Virus record (IMG/VR): IMGVR_UViG_3300049576_000013 | Reading direction: 5' to 3' (one strand) | From: an uncultured virus (IMG/VR IMGVR_UViG_3300049576_000013) | Taxonomy: Duplodnaviria; Heunggongvirae; Uroviricota; Caudoviricetes | DNA: 64,000 bases | Shown: in pieces, positions 42,629 to 53,443 of the stretch | Layout of the letters: the number at the start of each line of letters is the position of its first letter | Numbering within the stretch: the stretch's first letter is position 1 | Position numbers and translations under genes: made by a program | Notes under the pieces: generated by a model | The model's input: only the letters and a program-made list of their open reading frames with translations | Database searches by the model: none | What the model was told of the DNA's origin: nothing

Positions 42629-45600
42629 CTACTGTTGCTTCCGCCGCATGAGCTGGCCGCGACGGTTCTTATCGTTCCAGATCTCGTCGAGGGCCGTGAT
42701 GGCCTTCTGCACGATCCGGTCGATCTCCATCTTGCCTTCCATGCTCTCGTGACGCTTGTTGTAAAGCCGGCGGCGGAGATCTTCACGTAGGCCCGGACCG
42801 CCCACTTGCCCACTGGCGAAGTCGTTCACAAAGTCCACTGCCATATCCAGCTCCGACTTGTCCGGGCCATGTTGCCCAGCTCGACTTCCACCCCGAGCCA
42901 ACGGGTTGTTAGCAAGGTCCACGACAAGGCGACGTAGTGGCTCCGGTGTTCCCTCAGGAAGCCGGGGAACATCCCGCTCTGGCGAGGAGATGTTGTCGAG
43001 TGCTCGCTCCAGCTTCTTCGCCGCTGCGTCAGGCAACCGCTCCTGGAGCTGTCGCAGAAGACGGATCATCCCATCCATACTGATTCGGCCCATAACGGCG
43101 TCAGTAGCTATCTTCCCAATCACATTTCCCAGCGGTTCACCATCCGCATCCAGGCGAACGTCGTCACCGAGCTGTCGAAGTAGCTGGCCAATCTCACCGT
43201 CCTGGTGGAAGTGGACTTCACCTGGCCGCCCACCCCACGTGTTCTCGATTAGTGGTTTATTGGACTTCTCGCCGGAGAACTTCTTGACCGGAGCAGCCTG
43301 ACGCACCTTGGCGCGCATCGGTGTCGCCGCAGCCTTCTTGGCCTGGTTGAAGGCATCAGCCACCGCGTCGTCAAGGTCAGCGAGCTGAAGTCCACGCACG
43401 TCTGGACGACCTGGAACACCAGCCACCCAGTGACGCTCCGTCTCACCCATGGTGCGACTGGTGCGCCCCTCCTCGACCTCCACGTTGGTGGCGTTAACTA
43501 GCGCCACCATCTTCCCGTCGGCGTCGTAGATGCGGTAGCTGGGGGACGGCGAGGAGGAGTCGCGTAGCCACATGGTGTGACCCTCGGGCAGGGACTTGGA
43601 CTCGACCTGGACGGCTGAGGGCGACAGTCCGCTGGGGCGAGCGACCGGTGTCTTGGCTGGGGCGGCAGCGGGCGTGTAGCGGTCGGCGATCTGACTGATG
43701 ATGTCGGCTTTGCGACGCCCGCTAACTCCATGCTGCGCGGCCAGGACACGGAGTTCAGGCATCAGGAGACCAGCCATGGCATCTTCAGCCTGGCGCCGGT
43801 TCTTGGCACCTTGAAGCCGCTCCATGGTCTCGTCCATCATCCGCTGCTTAATCTTGGCCAGCTCCGTCTCGACCCGCTGCTGGGCCGGCGGCGCAGCCTT
43901 AGCCGGGGCAGCCTTCTTGGCCGGGCGCCGCGTCTTCTTCAGGCGGTCGGCCAGAGCCTGCATCCGGTCGGCTTCGGCGTAGATGGCCTGCTTGGCGCGG
44001 GCGTTCCGCTCCAAAAATTCAGGATCGCGGTCACGCCCCGAGCTGTCTTGGCGGTTGTACTCACCATAACGAATAGCGCCCATGCCTCGATAAGCCTCAG
44101 CACGTCCCTCTAGCCAGCGACCAACAGCAGCCGGTGTGGGATTCTTCGGCAGATCGGAAACGGGTGCTCCAGTTAGCTTTACGGTCACTCGTTCCCCGTC
44201 AAGGGCCCTCTGGGCCTCATCTAACAAGTTCTTGGTCCATTGCTGACTTTCGTCCAGATCAAGACCTTCACTGATGGCGCGAATGTTCAACCCCTCCCCG
44301 CTGGCATCAACCTTCGGAGGGGGCGGTGGCGCGGCCTTCTTCGCGGCAGTCTTCTTGGCTGCCTTCGTTGCCATCTGTGACGCGCGCCGATCCAGCTCCT
44401 GCTGGGCCACCTTCTTGATGAAGCTGGAGAGGACTTCCCCCTTGGTGTTCCCCTCTGGTTCCGGGAACCCTGCCCGTACAGCTGCCTCTTTCAACTGCTC
44501 CGGGGTGGTGACCTCCAGTATCTTCTTGATGTCTGGACCTACGGTCTTCTCGATCTCGGGAAGGGTTACCTCTTCGTTCTTGAAGTAGTCACGCAGGAAC
44601 TCGGAAGCCCGCTGCTGGGCCTTGATAGCCCCCTCCAGCTTGGCTGCCTTGATAACCAAGCTCTGACGGTCAGCGGTGTCCAGCTCTCCGCGCAGCGTGG
44701 AGTCGATGTCGGCCAATTCCTCCTTGTTGAAGGAGATCTCCGACTCCATGCGCTGGATGCCCTCCTGCGGGGTGATCTTCCCGCTGGAGATGTCATCAAT
44801 GATCTCGTTGGTAGCCCGCTTCGGGGACCCGTCCCGCATCTTGATGTCGGCGTCGTCCCACGCCTGCTTGAACTCGTTCTTTCGAGGAGCGTTGTCGATC
44901 GGCGTCACCGTACGGCTCTCGAAGTCGCCAGCGGGAGGCTCCTCGGCGGCCTCGACGACGCTCTTGCTGAGTCGGATGTCCTCCCCGTCCCGCTGGAGCG
45001 TGAGCCCAGGACGGACGATCTGCACGTCCGCGCCTTGGCGGACCTTGCCGATCGCCTCGTGTTGCTTCGGGTCGAACTTGGCCCGGTCGCCGGCCTTGCC
45101 GTACGGGGTGATGCCTTCAAGGTCGAGCAGCTTGGCCATCTCGGCGCGGGCCTTGTCCCGGTCGCCCGACTCGATGGCGGAGATGACGGGGCCGAGGTCG
45201 AGCCCGCCGGTCGGGCGCGGTGAGGGGTCGTCGATGGCGATGTTGTGCCGGTCCTGATTACCGATGGAGATAGCGGCGTCGCGGTCCGCCTGGGTCAAGG
45301 CCGCCTGCTTGTTCTCCGGAACGACGCTCGTGCCGCGATCCTTGGCGTGCAGGCGCAGGATTGCTGCATCGATCTCGTGGCGGTTGGTGCTCTCGCCGAG
45401 TTCTTCGCGCAGGTCGGCAAGGGCCACCAGCTGCGTGTCGCCGGGCCGGGCCTTGCGCCCGTTGCGCGCCAAGACCGCTACGTAGGCCGCCCGCACACGG
45501 TTCTCGACGACGATGTCACGGTCCGCACCCCGTTCGGCCGCCGCACGCAGCCGGGACAGGACAGCCCGGTCTGACGCTCCGTTGTGCAGGATCTCGTCCA

Positions 45601-48523
45601 GCTCGCCGGCGGCAGTCGAGAGCTTGCGGGCTGAGTCGATGGCGGACTGACGGTCGCGGGCGGACTGCTCGAGGTCGCCAGCCAGGTCCTCGGCATCCTG
45701 GAGTTCGGCGAACTCGCGCTCGAGTTTCTTCCGCTCGGGCGAGGGACGCCGGTGCCCCGCCCCGGAGTCCTGGCGGTAAGCGAGGTTCTTCGCGAACCAG
45801 TCGCGCCGATCGTCAATGGACAGCCCCTTCGGGAGCTTGAGCTGGACCTCGCCGCCGCCTGAATACCGGCTGGCCAGCTTCGCCAACTCGCCGGCGTTGA
45901 GATCGGCGATCATGTCGCTGATCTTCTGCTGCCGCTCGGCGCGGTCAGCTCCACGGACGCCAGTCAGGCGCTCAACCAGCGCATCAAAGTCGGCCGTTTC
46001 GGGCTTCAATGGAAGCCCGGAGGAGCGCTTGGTGACGGACTGCTCCCCCAGATCTGGCACTACGACCAGGGTCTGCGACGGGGATAGACCAGCTACCCCA
46101 CGAGCACTCTGGTTGATGTTCTCGACCGGATTGCCTTGCTCATCGGTGCCACTGATCCGGATACGCCCGTTGGTGTCACGATCCACTGAGGTGATGGTGA
46201 CGATCTTGCCGCCAGTGCGCCGATTGGTGGGCTTGTTCTCCGGAGTGAGCCGTACCCGCATGCCCGGTTGAAGACGCCCAGCCGTGATCTTCCCGGCCGC
46301 AGTGCCAGGTGCCGCACCCGGAACGGCGACCTTGGCCGCCTTCTTAACCGGAGGCGCCTCGGGGACTCGTGGCTTAGCCCCCTCGGTACGCCGCCCCCGA
46401 GTCGACATCTCCTCCAGGATCGTGTTGATGAGCCCGTCCCGGCGCATCTTGTTGATGCTGGTGGCTGGGGCGATGTCGTTCTCTTTGGCGAAGGCGCGGA
46501 GGTCGGCGACGGTCGGCCTCTTGCCACCGAACAATTCCGTGATCTGCTGCTCTTTGTTGGTCGTCGACCCAGGCTCAGCTGGAAGGTCCTTGAGCCCTCG
46601 AAGCTCCTTCTTCAGCTGATCCTTGGTCATCCGGGAGAGCGGGATGCCACCTCGCTCGGCGGCCAGGCCACGTTTCTTTGCCTCGGCGTACAGCTCCGCC
46701 TTGGTCATCTTGTCCAGGTCATCCCCAGACTCGGGTGCCGCCTTCGCCGGGGAAGCCTTCTTAACCGGAGCAGCCTTCTTGGCCGCCGCCTTCCGTGGGG
46801 CCGGCTTTGTAAGCTGGTCGGCAACCCTGTTCAGGTGGTCGTCTTCGCCACGATCATTTCGAAGGCGCCGCGCCCCTTCTGCCCGGGAGATCCGCTTACG
46901 ACGGACCATGTCCATGACGACATTGAGGCCAGTCAGCTCAAACTGGCTCAGATCGCCCTCTTTGATGCCGGCAGCCTCTAACAGCGGCAGGTACACCTCG
47001 CGATTGGCAGTGTCGGCTTCCTCGTTACTTTCGGCAACCCGAGCGTTAGTGCGCTTGGCAGCGGCACGCCCTGTTTCGGCAGCAACCTCCCGGGATTGCT
47101 CCTGCTCCCGATCAACTTTCTGTTGCTGAGCATCTGTGGGCCGAGTCGCTGCTGCCTTCTTCGCGTTGCCTCGGTCCTGGCGCCGCTCCTCGGGCGTTGG
47201 CCTGATGCCGGGGGAGCGGCGGGCAGGCTTCTTCTCCTCGACTGGGGCCGGCAGGTTGTACTGCTCCCGGATCAGGTCCCGGAGTTGTTCCTGGGCACGG
47301 ATGTCATCAGCCAGTTCCTCATCACCCTGGCCAGCCTGGAGCTTGCGCTGGTTGACAGCAATGTCCCGCTCCAGCTCCCGGACCGAGTCTCGCGGGTCCT
47401 TCTTCCCGGTGGCGATGCCCTCGTAGGCGTCGTTGAACTCCTTGCGTCGCGACCCAGCCGAAGGCGCAGGGATGTTGGCCTCGCGCACGGCGTTGCGGAT
47501 GTCTACGATCCGTGGAGTCGGTGGCTCTGGCTCCGGTGTAGGGACTGTCTCTTGCCCTATTGCGGGGGCCGGAGCGGAACCGGGGGCAGGGCCACCGACT
47601 GCTCGTGACACCACTGGTTCAGTACGCGGCGGTGGGGTGCCCGGCGGTGCGGGCACCTGCTGCTGCCCAGCCCCCTGGGGCATAGCCTGCTGCCGGGCCT
47701 GCTCCCGCTGCGCCGCCTCCGCTTCGACCTGGGTGTCGGACTGGATCCGCATCTGGTTCTGCTGAGATTGGGTGACTTGGGCGACGCCAGCCTCACGCTG
47801 CTCCACGCCGGGCCCAGCGCCAGGGGCGGGGCGCCCGATCGGTTCCGGCGTCTCACCAGGTGTCCGGTCGGTGGCCACGGCCATGACGTAGTAGCCGCCG
47901 GCCCCGTCCGGCGTCACCTTGGTGATGCGGTACTCCTGGTCCCGGTCCAGGATCACTTCCCGGTCCCCGGGTCCGTCGCCGGGGATGATGGCCTGGGTGC
48001 CCTTGGGGACCGCCACAGTCATCAGGATGCCGGTGTTCTGCCCCAGTGGGGTGCCGATGTTGGTGGACCCGTAGCCCCGGTCCCCGATCAGCTTGCCGGT
48101 GAAGTCTTCGATACCCCCCTCATCCAGGCCCATGGTTTCGGGGGTGAGCCCGAACGCTTCCGGAGTCACACGACGGGACACGATGATGTCGTCCGGCAGA
48201 GTGACCTTGTTACGGTCCATCATCTGCACGAACTTCTTGGTTGACGCATCCATATCGCCGCGTCGCAGGGCCTGGTTCGCCGCCGGGTAGTCAGCGGCGA
48301 ATCGTGGCATGTCTAACCCGCCGCCACCTCGGGGCTTTCGGTTGAAGACGTACTGAGCCGCCTGTTGGTCGCTGCTGAACGTGCGGGGGTTGAACTTGGC
48401 CAGGATGTTGGTGATCGCGTCCACGACACCGGCGGCCATCTTCCACTTGCTACGGAAGCGGCCGTTCTTGTCGCGGGGGTGCAGCAGTTCCTCGCGAGTA
48501 CCCCACGAATCACCAAGTCCCAC
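42629..48523 (-). CDS. 1964-aa head-associated multidomain protein with N-terminal VIP2-like ADP-ribosyltransferase domain
   Basis: HPRDKNGRF N-terminus; NQALR...VSRRV...GYGSTN...VPKGT...DREVIL (R-S-E pattern); AAKKAAP linkers. Confidence 0.75.
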   Translation of the reverse strand: MGLGDSWGTREELLHPRDKNGRFRSKWKMAAGVVDAITNILAKFNPRTFSSDQQAAQYVFNRKPRGGGGLDMPRFAADYPAANQALRRGDMDASTKKFVQMMDRNKVTLPDDIIVSRRVTPEAFGLTPETMGLDEGGIEDFTGKLIGDRGYGSTNIGTPLGQNTGILMTVAVPKGTQAIIPGDGPGDREVILDRDQEYRITKVTPDGAGGYYVMAVATDRTPGETPEPIGRPAPGAGPGVEQREAGVAQVTQSQQNQMRIQSDTQVEAEAAQREQARQQAMPQGAGQQQVPAPPGTPPPRTEPVVSRAVGGPAPGSAPAPAIGQETVPTPEPEPPTPRIVDIRNAVREANIPAPSAGSRRKEFNDAYEGIATGKKDPRDSVRELERDIAVNQRKLQAGQGDEELADDIRAQEQLRDLIREQYNLPAPVEEKKPARRSPGIRPTPEERRQDRGNAKKAAATRPTDAQQQKVDREQEQSREVAAETGRAAAKRTNARVAESNEEADTANREVYLPLLEAAGIKEGDLSQFELTGLNVVMDMVRRKRISRAEGARRLRNDRGEDDHLNRVADQLTKPAPRKAAAKKAAPVKKASPAKAAPESGDDLDKMTKAELYAEAKKRGLAAERGGIPLSRMTKDQLKKELRGLKDLPAEPGSTTNKEQQITELFGGKRPTVADLRAFAKENDIAPATSINKMRRDGLINTILEEMSTRGRRTEGAKPRVPEAPPVKKAAKVAVPGAAPGTAAGKITAGRLQPGMRVRLTPENKPTNRRTGGKIVTITSVDRDTNGRIRISGTDEQGNPVENINQSARGVAGLSPSQTLVVVPDLGEQSVTKRSSGLPLKPETADFDALVERLTGVRGADRAERQQKISDMIADLNAGELAKLASRYSGGGEVQLKLPKGLSIDDRRDWFAKNLAYRQDSGAGHRRPSPERKKLEREFAELQDAEDLAGDLEQSARDRQSAIDSARKLSTAAGELDEILHNGASDRAVLSRLRAAAERGADRDIVVENRVRAAYVAVLARNGRKARPGDTQLVALADLREELGESTNRHEIDAAILRLHAKDRGTSVVPENKQAALTQADRDAAISIGNQDRHNIAIDDPSPRPTGGLDLGPVISAIESGDRDKARAEMAKLLDLEGITPYGKAGDRAKFDPKQHEAIGKVRQGADVQIVRPGLTLQRDGEDIRLSKSVVEAAEEPPAGDFESRTVTPIDNAPRKNEFKQAWDDADIKMRDGSPKRATNEIIDDISSGKITPQEGIQRMESEISFNKEELADIDSTLRGELDTADRQSLVIKAAKLEGAIKAQQRASEFLRDYFKNEEVTLPEIEKTVGPDIKKILEVTTPEQLKEAAVRAGFPEPEGNTKGEVLSSFIKKVAQQELDRRASQMATKAAKKTAAKKAAPPPPPKVDASGEGLNIRAISEGLDLDESQQWTKNLLDEAQRALDGERVTVKLTGAPVSDLPKNPTPAAVGRWLEGRAEAYRGMGAIRYGEYNRQDSSGRDRDPEFLERNARAKQAIYAEADRMQALADRLKKTRRPAKKAAPAKAAPPAQQRVETELAKIKQRMMDETMERLQGAKNRRQAEDAMAGLLMPELRVLAAQHGVSGRRKADIISQIADRYTPAAAPAKTPVARPSGLSPSAVQVESKSLPEGHTMWLRDSSSPSPSYRIYDADGKMVALVNATNVEVEEGRTSRTMGETERHWVAGVPGRPDVRGLQLADLDDAVADAFNQAKKAAATPMRAKVRQAAPVKKFSGEKSNKPLIENTWGGRPGEVHFHQDGEIGQLLRQLGDDVRLDADGEPLGNVIGKIATDAVMGRISMDGMIRLLRQLQERLPDAAAKKLERALDNISSPERDVPRLPEGTPEPLRRLVVDLANNPLARGGSRAGQHGPDKSELDMAVDFVNDFASGQVGGPGLREDLRRRLYNKRHESMEGKMEIDRIVQKAITALDEIWNDKNRRGQLMRRKQQ

Positions 48524-48526
48524 GGT

Positions 48527-50827
48527 TTACCCCACAGGTGCAGTCGTTGCCGGGCTGGGTGCTGGCGGCGGAGCCTGAGCAGTCGGAACGGGAGCCACCT
48601 CACCGGGCTCCTCAGGGCCACCCTCGGGGTTCTCCACAACGGAGAACTGGGCATCGAGTTGACGGTTCAGCATCCCCGCCTCGTCAACGGGGGCGGAGGC
48701 GGTAGGTGGTGCAGCCGTACCACCTACCGCCGGCTCCTCGGCCGCAGCTGCCGCCAGAAGGGAGAACCGGGCGGCCCGCTCCCGCTGCTGGTAGATCTGC
48801 TCGTCATCGATCAGGTCCAGCAACCGAGCCCGGCGGTCCTCCCGCGCCTCCTGTCGCCCGATCTCCTCACGCACCATGGCGGCCACCAGGTTCATGTCCA
48901 GGATGCCGGTGGGCGGCACCTCGGGCTCCAGGTCCCCGCCTGGCTCCAGGCTGCCAGCGGCTACCAGGGCCAGTCGGTCGTCGCCGTCCATGGCGTACAC
49001 CGGGAAGGCGGGGACGTTGACGGCCAGGGCAGCGGTCAGCTCCAGGTTGCCTTCGACTCGCCGCCAGTCGCCGGAGATGGGGCTGCGACGGAGCTTGGCC
49101 ACCTTGGCTGGGGTGGCTTCGGGGACGATGGCACCGGCCACCCAGACGCCGTACTCGTCCTCGCCGGCCCGGACTACGGCGACCTCATCGCCGGTGTTGT
49201 CGTAGTGGAGGGCGGCGGAGCTGTAGCCGAGGTTGATGTCAGCGTGCCGGGTGTCCATAACGATCTTCCCGACCCGTACGGTGTCACCTTCGGCGGTCAC
49301 CACACTGCCCAGGTGGAACGGGGCGTAGCCCTTCTGGGAGCGGGGCGGCAGGACGCATTCGCGGCGGGCAACGAAGTCACGGTGGCACTCGTCCCAGGCG
49401 GCGATGTGACCAAACACTTTCCCGTCCGCCGTGACGGTCAACGGCGTCTTCCCCGCCAGACTGGGGTTCTGGAACCACTGAGCCGGGGGCTGAACCGGGT
49501 AGTCGGACATGGCGTATTCATCCCTCTGATCGATGGACATCTGGACCCCGGGCTGAGCCGAACGATCCCAGGGGGCGCGGATAGTGGCGTCGTTGAACTC
49601 CTGCGCCATCACGGGATAGATCTCACTGATGACGCGACGCAGAGCGCCCTTGTCCGGTTCTGGGACGTTAGGCAGGCCGCCATGAGCGCCGGACAAGAGC
49701 GCAGCCGCAGCGTAGATGGCGTGATAGATCAACGTCAACTCACCGTTGATCACGTCACCTACCGGTAGGCGGTACGAGGTCGTGTCCGTCTCCGGCATCC
49801 GGGTGTCGTGCCACATGAATGCGCGCCGCAACTTAGCGACATCCGGACCCTGAGGCGTCGCGGCCCAGGCGGCGATCCGTTTGACTGCGTCGTCATTGTC
49901 AAAGACCGAGTTGCGAGGAGCCAGCGGGAGCCCTCGCCATCCGGACGGGTTGACCGCGAACGAGTCCTCCGCATCCAGATCCGTTGTGAGCCGATCGCCA
50001 CAGCCGCAGTCGTCACTATCAAGGTCAGCGGTGTAGTCGGGGTCGTCATCCGGCCAGTCACCGTCCGTGTCGAAGGTGTACAGGTGCATCCCTGAGAAGG
50101 CGGGGATGGGGACCAGCGTGGCCCCTCCGATGGTGAACCGCATCATGTGTTCGGCCCCAGTCTCGGGGTTCATGGTAGCGACGACCCGGCCACCAGGATC
50201 CACGCTAGAGCCAGCGACGCCCATCTCCATGAGGTACCGAGCCTTGGCTGCCTCGGGGATGATCTCCTCGTCGAGGAAGTCGCCCCAACCCCAGGCGAAG
50301 TCACGTTCCTGCTCATCGGGACCGTAGGTGATGCCGAGAATCCGGCCCACCGTCATGGCCCCCTCATGTCCCTGGGCCGTCTTCTGGCGCCAGTCCAGGG
50401 GGAGCGGGAGCATGCGATGACTCAGCGAGTCCGGCTCAAAGATGCGAGTCCGTCGCGGCTCCCCGGTGGGGACGCTGAACGGAGCCAGGGGGCCAGCCCA
50501 GGCGTACTTGCCCAGCTTCGGCTGCCGCTCCAGCAGCTTGGTGGCAGCCACCAGGGCGTCCCGGCTGTACTCCTGGTCCCCACCAAGCAGGGAGGAGGCA
50601 GCGCTGAGGCTGTGCCCGTGCCCTTTGCCGGGCGCCGCCCCCAGCCGCTTCTGGTGAAGAATGTTGCAGAGCCCCTCCGGATTCGTGGGGAAGTATTTCC
50701 GCAGGTTCCGGACGCAGCGGTTGAAGTCGTGAGGCATGCCCCAGCGGATCTTCGCTGCCCCCTTGCCGGTTAGCCAGTACCGCTGGAGCTGGAGGGGCAT
50801 GCCACGGGCCGGGTTCGGGTCGACCAT
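48527..50827 (-). CDS. Capsid maturation protease (cluster-B-like)
   Basis: YW..GKGAAKIRWG, GH.GA..VG.I, ATLVPIPAF, GHIAAW..CH, SGDWR. Confidence 0.8.
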   Translation of the reverse strand: MVDPNPARGMPLQLQRYWLTGKGAAKIRWGMPHDFNRCVRNLRKYFPTNPEGLCNILHQKRLGAAPGKGHGHSLSAASSLLGGDQEYSRDALVAATKLLERQPKLGKYAWAGPLAPFSVPTGEPRRTRIFEPDSLSHRMLPLPLDWRQKTAQGHEGAMTVGRILGITYGPDEQERDFAWGWGDFLDEEIIPEAAKARYLMEMGVAGSSVDPGGRVVATMNPETGAEHMMRFTIGGATLVPIPAFSGMHLYTFDTDGDWPDDDPDYTADLDSDDCGCGDRLTTDLDAEDSFAVNPSGWRGLPLAPRNSVFDNDDAVKRIAAWAATPQGPDVAKLRRAFMWHDTRMPETDTTSYRLPVGDVINGELTLIYHAIYAAAALLSGAHGGLPNVPEPDKGALRRVISEIYPVMAQEFNDATIRAPWDRSAQPGVQMSIDQRDEYAMSDYPVQPPAQWFQNPSLAGKTPLTVTADGKVFGHIAAWDECHRDFVARRECVLPPRSQKGYAPFHLGSVVTAEGDTVRVGKIVMDTRHADINLGYSSAALHYDNTGDEVAVVRAGEDEYGVWVAGAIVPEATPAKVAKLRRSPISGDWRRVEGNLELTAALAVNVPAFPVYAMDGDDRLALVAAGSLEPGGDLEPEVPPTGILDMNLVAAMVREEIGRQEAREDRRARLLDLIDDEQIYQQRERAARFSLLAAAAAEEPAVGGTAAPPTASAPVDEAGMLNRQLDAQFSVVENPEGGPEEPGEVAPVPTAQAPPPAPSPATTAPVG

Positions 50828-51552
50828 TAGCGTCCCCTCTCGTTCAGAATCGTGAGACTGCACCGGCAGTTGATCACACTCTCCGGAGGACCGGAAGGGT
50901 CGCCGGGAAACATCAACGGCCATCCATCGACGTAGAACGGGTACATTACATCAATCACCCGGCCATCTACTTCCCGATGCGATCCCCGGACCCGGCTATC
51001 GTCCCGGGTGTCCCACCGCTTCTGTAGCACTCGACCAGAAAGTCGAGACTGCTCCACTCCTGCGGCGAGAGTGCCGGCGCCATAGGCCCGAGTCGTCTCA
51101 GTCTGAGCGATTGTGCGAGCCCGAGCAGGCCACCGCTCGGAGGCGGTGTAGCTGAGGACCCGTTCGACTCGTTGAGCCACCTCATCAGTGTCAGCACCAC
51201 CATTCACGGCATCTGTGATCTCCGCGAAGATCAGGTTCGCTACCTCGTCCGGGATACGGACCAGGAAGTTCTCCGTCTGCGCCAACTGAGCCATGACGAA
51301 GGCGTGCCGAGACACCGGAGCCACATCAGAAGCCTGACTCCAGGCGTTCATGGTGATGCGCCCAATGACGGTGAGGATGCTGTCCATTTCCGTCACCCAG
51401 TCCGACTGGACGCGGTAGACCCGGCTGGGATCGGGTTGGGTTCGGTACTGGCGCCACGGTGCCATGACAGCGTCCTTGGCCTTCGCAAGCCAACGGCGAA
51501 GGGCCTGGCCCACCACCCCGGCCAGATGCTGCTCATCACTGTCACGCCCCAT
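50827..51552 (-). CDS. MuF-like head morphogenesis protein
   Basis: RARTIAQTE, KRW....D.RVR.SH...DG, FPGDP.GP...VINCRC. Confidence 0.9.
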   Translation of the reverse strand: MGRDSDEQHLAGVVGQALRRWLAKAKDAVMAPWRQYRTQPDPSRVYRVQSDWVTEMDSILTVIGRITMNAWSQASDVAPVSRHAFVMAQLAQTENFLVRIPDEVANLIFAEITDAVNGGADTDEVAQRVERVLSYTASERWPARARTIAQTETTRAYGAGTLAAGVEQSRLSGRVLQKRWDTRDDSRVRGSHREVDGRVIDVMYPFYVDGWPLMFPGDPSGPPESVINCRCSLTILNERGR

Positions 51553-53443
51553 CGAGCAAACCTCGCCGTCGCAGGTACTCGCCGAGGAGCTGAACGGTGT
51601 GAGCCTGCTCCCGAATGAGCAGCGTGAAGCAGTAGTCGTGCAGAGCGTCCTTCAAGGCACCTGTGTCCAGCTCAGGGTCGACCGCCTCGGCCAGGACCGA
51701 TAGGTGGTCCCAGGCGCCGTCGAGGAGCTGGGTGGCGTGCGGCGGCGTAGCCACCTTGATCCGGGTGTGCAGTTCGTAGGCCGGCACATCAGGCCAATGG
51801 TTGCGGTTGGCCCGGTTGAGGAGGCGGCGGCCAGCCCGCTCCAGGGCACGGAGGCAGGTGGCGTTAGCCAGCACGAAGGTGTTTACTGATGCCGGCACGG
51901 AGGCGCTGGCCGTGACGCCAGAAGGTACGTCGGGGGGGCCGCCTGGGGCGTTTTGAGCCTCCGTGGCCAGGGGCATGGGGCCACCTGCGGTCGGGGAAAT
52001 GCCAGTGGGTGGCGCTGGCGGCGGCGGTGGCCCCGCCCCTGGCGTTCCCGGCGCCGGTGCAATGACGGTGTTGGCGGGCAAGATTTCTTCGGTGTACCCA
52101 GCCACCTTTCGAACGGCTGGGTTCTGGAGTAGGGCCGGGTCCCGGAGCATCAGCTCGCGGGTGAACCGCATCAGGTCTTCTTCGTCGCTGGGTGCATCGC
52201 TGATCTTGTAGTCACCAGCGAGAAGCACGGTCTCCCGACTAACCAACCCCTTCTCGTACATCTCCCGGGTGTCCTTCAGGCGCTCCGGGCGCACGGTGAG
52301 GGGGGCAGTGTCATACCAGAAGACGTACTTGTCCGGGTTCTCCTTGATCGCCTTCAGGGCCGGTTGCAGGTACGCCGTGGTGAGTGCGTCACAGATCCGT
52401 ACCATGAGGGGGACAATGTGGACATTGATCTGCCCCTCGACGATTTGCCAGGCTCCCCAGTGATTCGCCTCCCCGGCCCCCGTGAGGATGGACGGTTCAA
52501 TGTCCATGGCCAGGGCCAGCCGCCGGATCGCCTCAGCGCGGAGGTCGAGTGCCTGACGAGACAACTCCCCGCCGAACTGCACCAGGTTGATCTTCCCCAG
52601 CGCCTCCATCGGCATCTCCATGACGATGGGAGCAATCCCAGCCGCAGTCCCTTCACCCTGGAGTGAGGCGGACCCAGTCCGCACCAGGATGTCAGTCAGA
52701 TTCTCTGAGGCGGACAGGGTGGGGTCTTCCTCGCTGAACGACACCTCCTTAGGGATCGGCAGCAAGCCAGCGGAGAACAGCCGGGAGTCGATCTGGGCGA
52801 ACACGTAGCGGGTCAGTCGCTCGATCTCCCACAGCATCGGAAGGCCAGCCTTGGTGGGCGAATCAGCCCATAGTGCCCGGCGCGGATGGGGGGTCCACAC
52901 CCGGATGATCAGATCCTTGCGAGGGTCAATCATCTCCTTGGTGCCGTCCGGATTGAGTTGCGCGATGTTGGAGCCCCACCGCTTCAGTTCAGATGTGGAG
53001 ACGATGCTCCACTCATCGGACTCAGGGTTGCTGGCACTGCGTCCGACGATGAAGGCTTCCCCGGCCACGCTCAGATTGATGCCGAGCATCCGCAACGCCT
53101 CGGCTTTGGCCGGGGGGCCGCCGAACAAGGTGTCAGCCAGGCCGGCCACCTTCTTCTTGGTGACCTCCTTCTGCACCCGGCCGTTGTCGTCTACCTCGGC
53201 CACATAGATACGGACCCGGGAGCACGCTGAGCCCACCCAGTTGGCAATGAACCGAAGCTCGCCCACGATGTCGTAGAGGCGCCACGCCTCGGTCTGCCAG
53301 GTGTCGTCACCGAACTTGTACTGGCGCCAGGCCAAGCCATCCATCTTGATGCGAGCAGCCGAGGCAATGAGGCTTTTCGGTGCCTCGTGGGGCAGTGGCT
53401 CCTCAACGGGCTCAATCTCTCGACGCCTGCCCCAGCGGGCCAT
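51542..53443 (-). CDS. Portal protein
   Basis: WQTEAW..YD.VGEL, RVW.PHP, AI.RLA..MD, NHWGAW. Confidence 0.9.
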   Translation of the reverse strand: MARWGRRREIEPVEEPLPHEAPKSLIASAARIKMDGLAWRQYKFGDDTWQTEAWRLYDIVGELRFIANWVGSACSRVRIYVAEVDDNGRVQKEVTKKKVAGLADTLFGGPPAKAEALRMLGINLSVAGEAFIVGRSASNPESDEWSIVSTSELKRWGSNIAQLNPDGTKEMIDPRKDLIIRVWTPHPRRALWADSPTKAGLPMLWEIERLTRYVFAQIDSRLFSAGLLPIPKEVSFSEEDPTLSASENLTDILVRTGSASLQGEGTAAGIAPIVMEMPMEALGKINLVQFGGELSRQALDLRAEAIRRLALAMDIEPSILTGAGEANHWGAWQIVEGQINVHIVPLMVRICDALTTAYLQPALKAIKENPDKYVFWYDTAPLTVRPERLKDTREMYEKGLVSRETVLLAGDYKISDAPSDEEDLMRFTRELMLRDPALLQNPAVRKVAGYTEEILPANTVIAPAPGTPGAGPPPPPAPPTGISPTAGGPMPLATEAQNAPGGPPDVPSGVTASASVPASVNTFVLANATCLRALERAGRRLLNRANRNHWPDVPAYELHTRIKVATPPHATQLLDGAWDHLSVLAEAVDPELDTGALKDALHDYCFTLLIREQAHTVQLLGEYLRRRGLLDGA

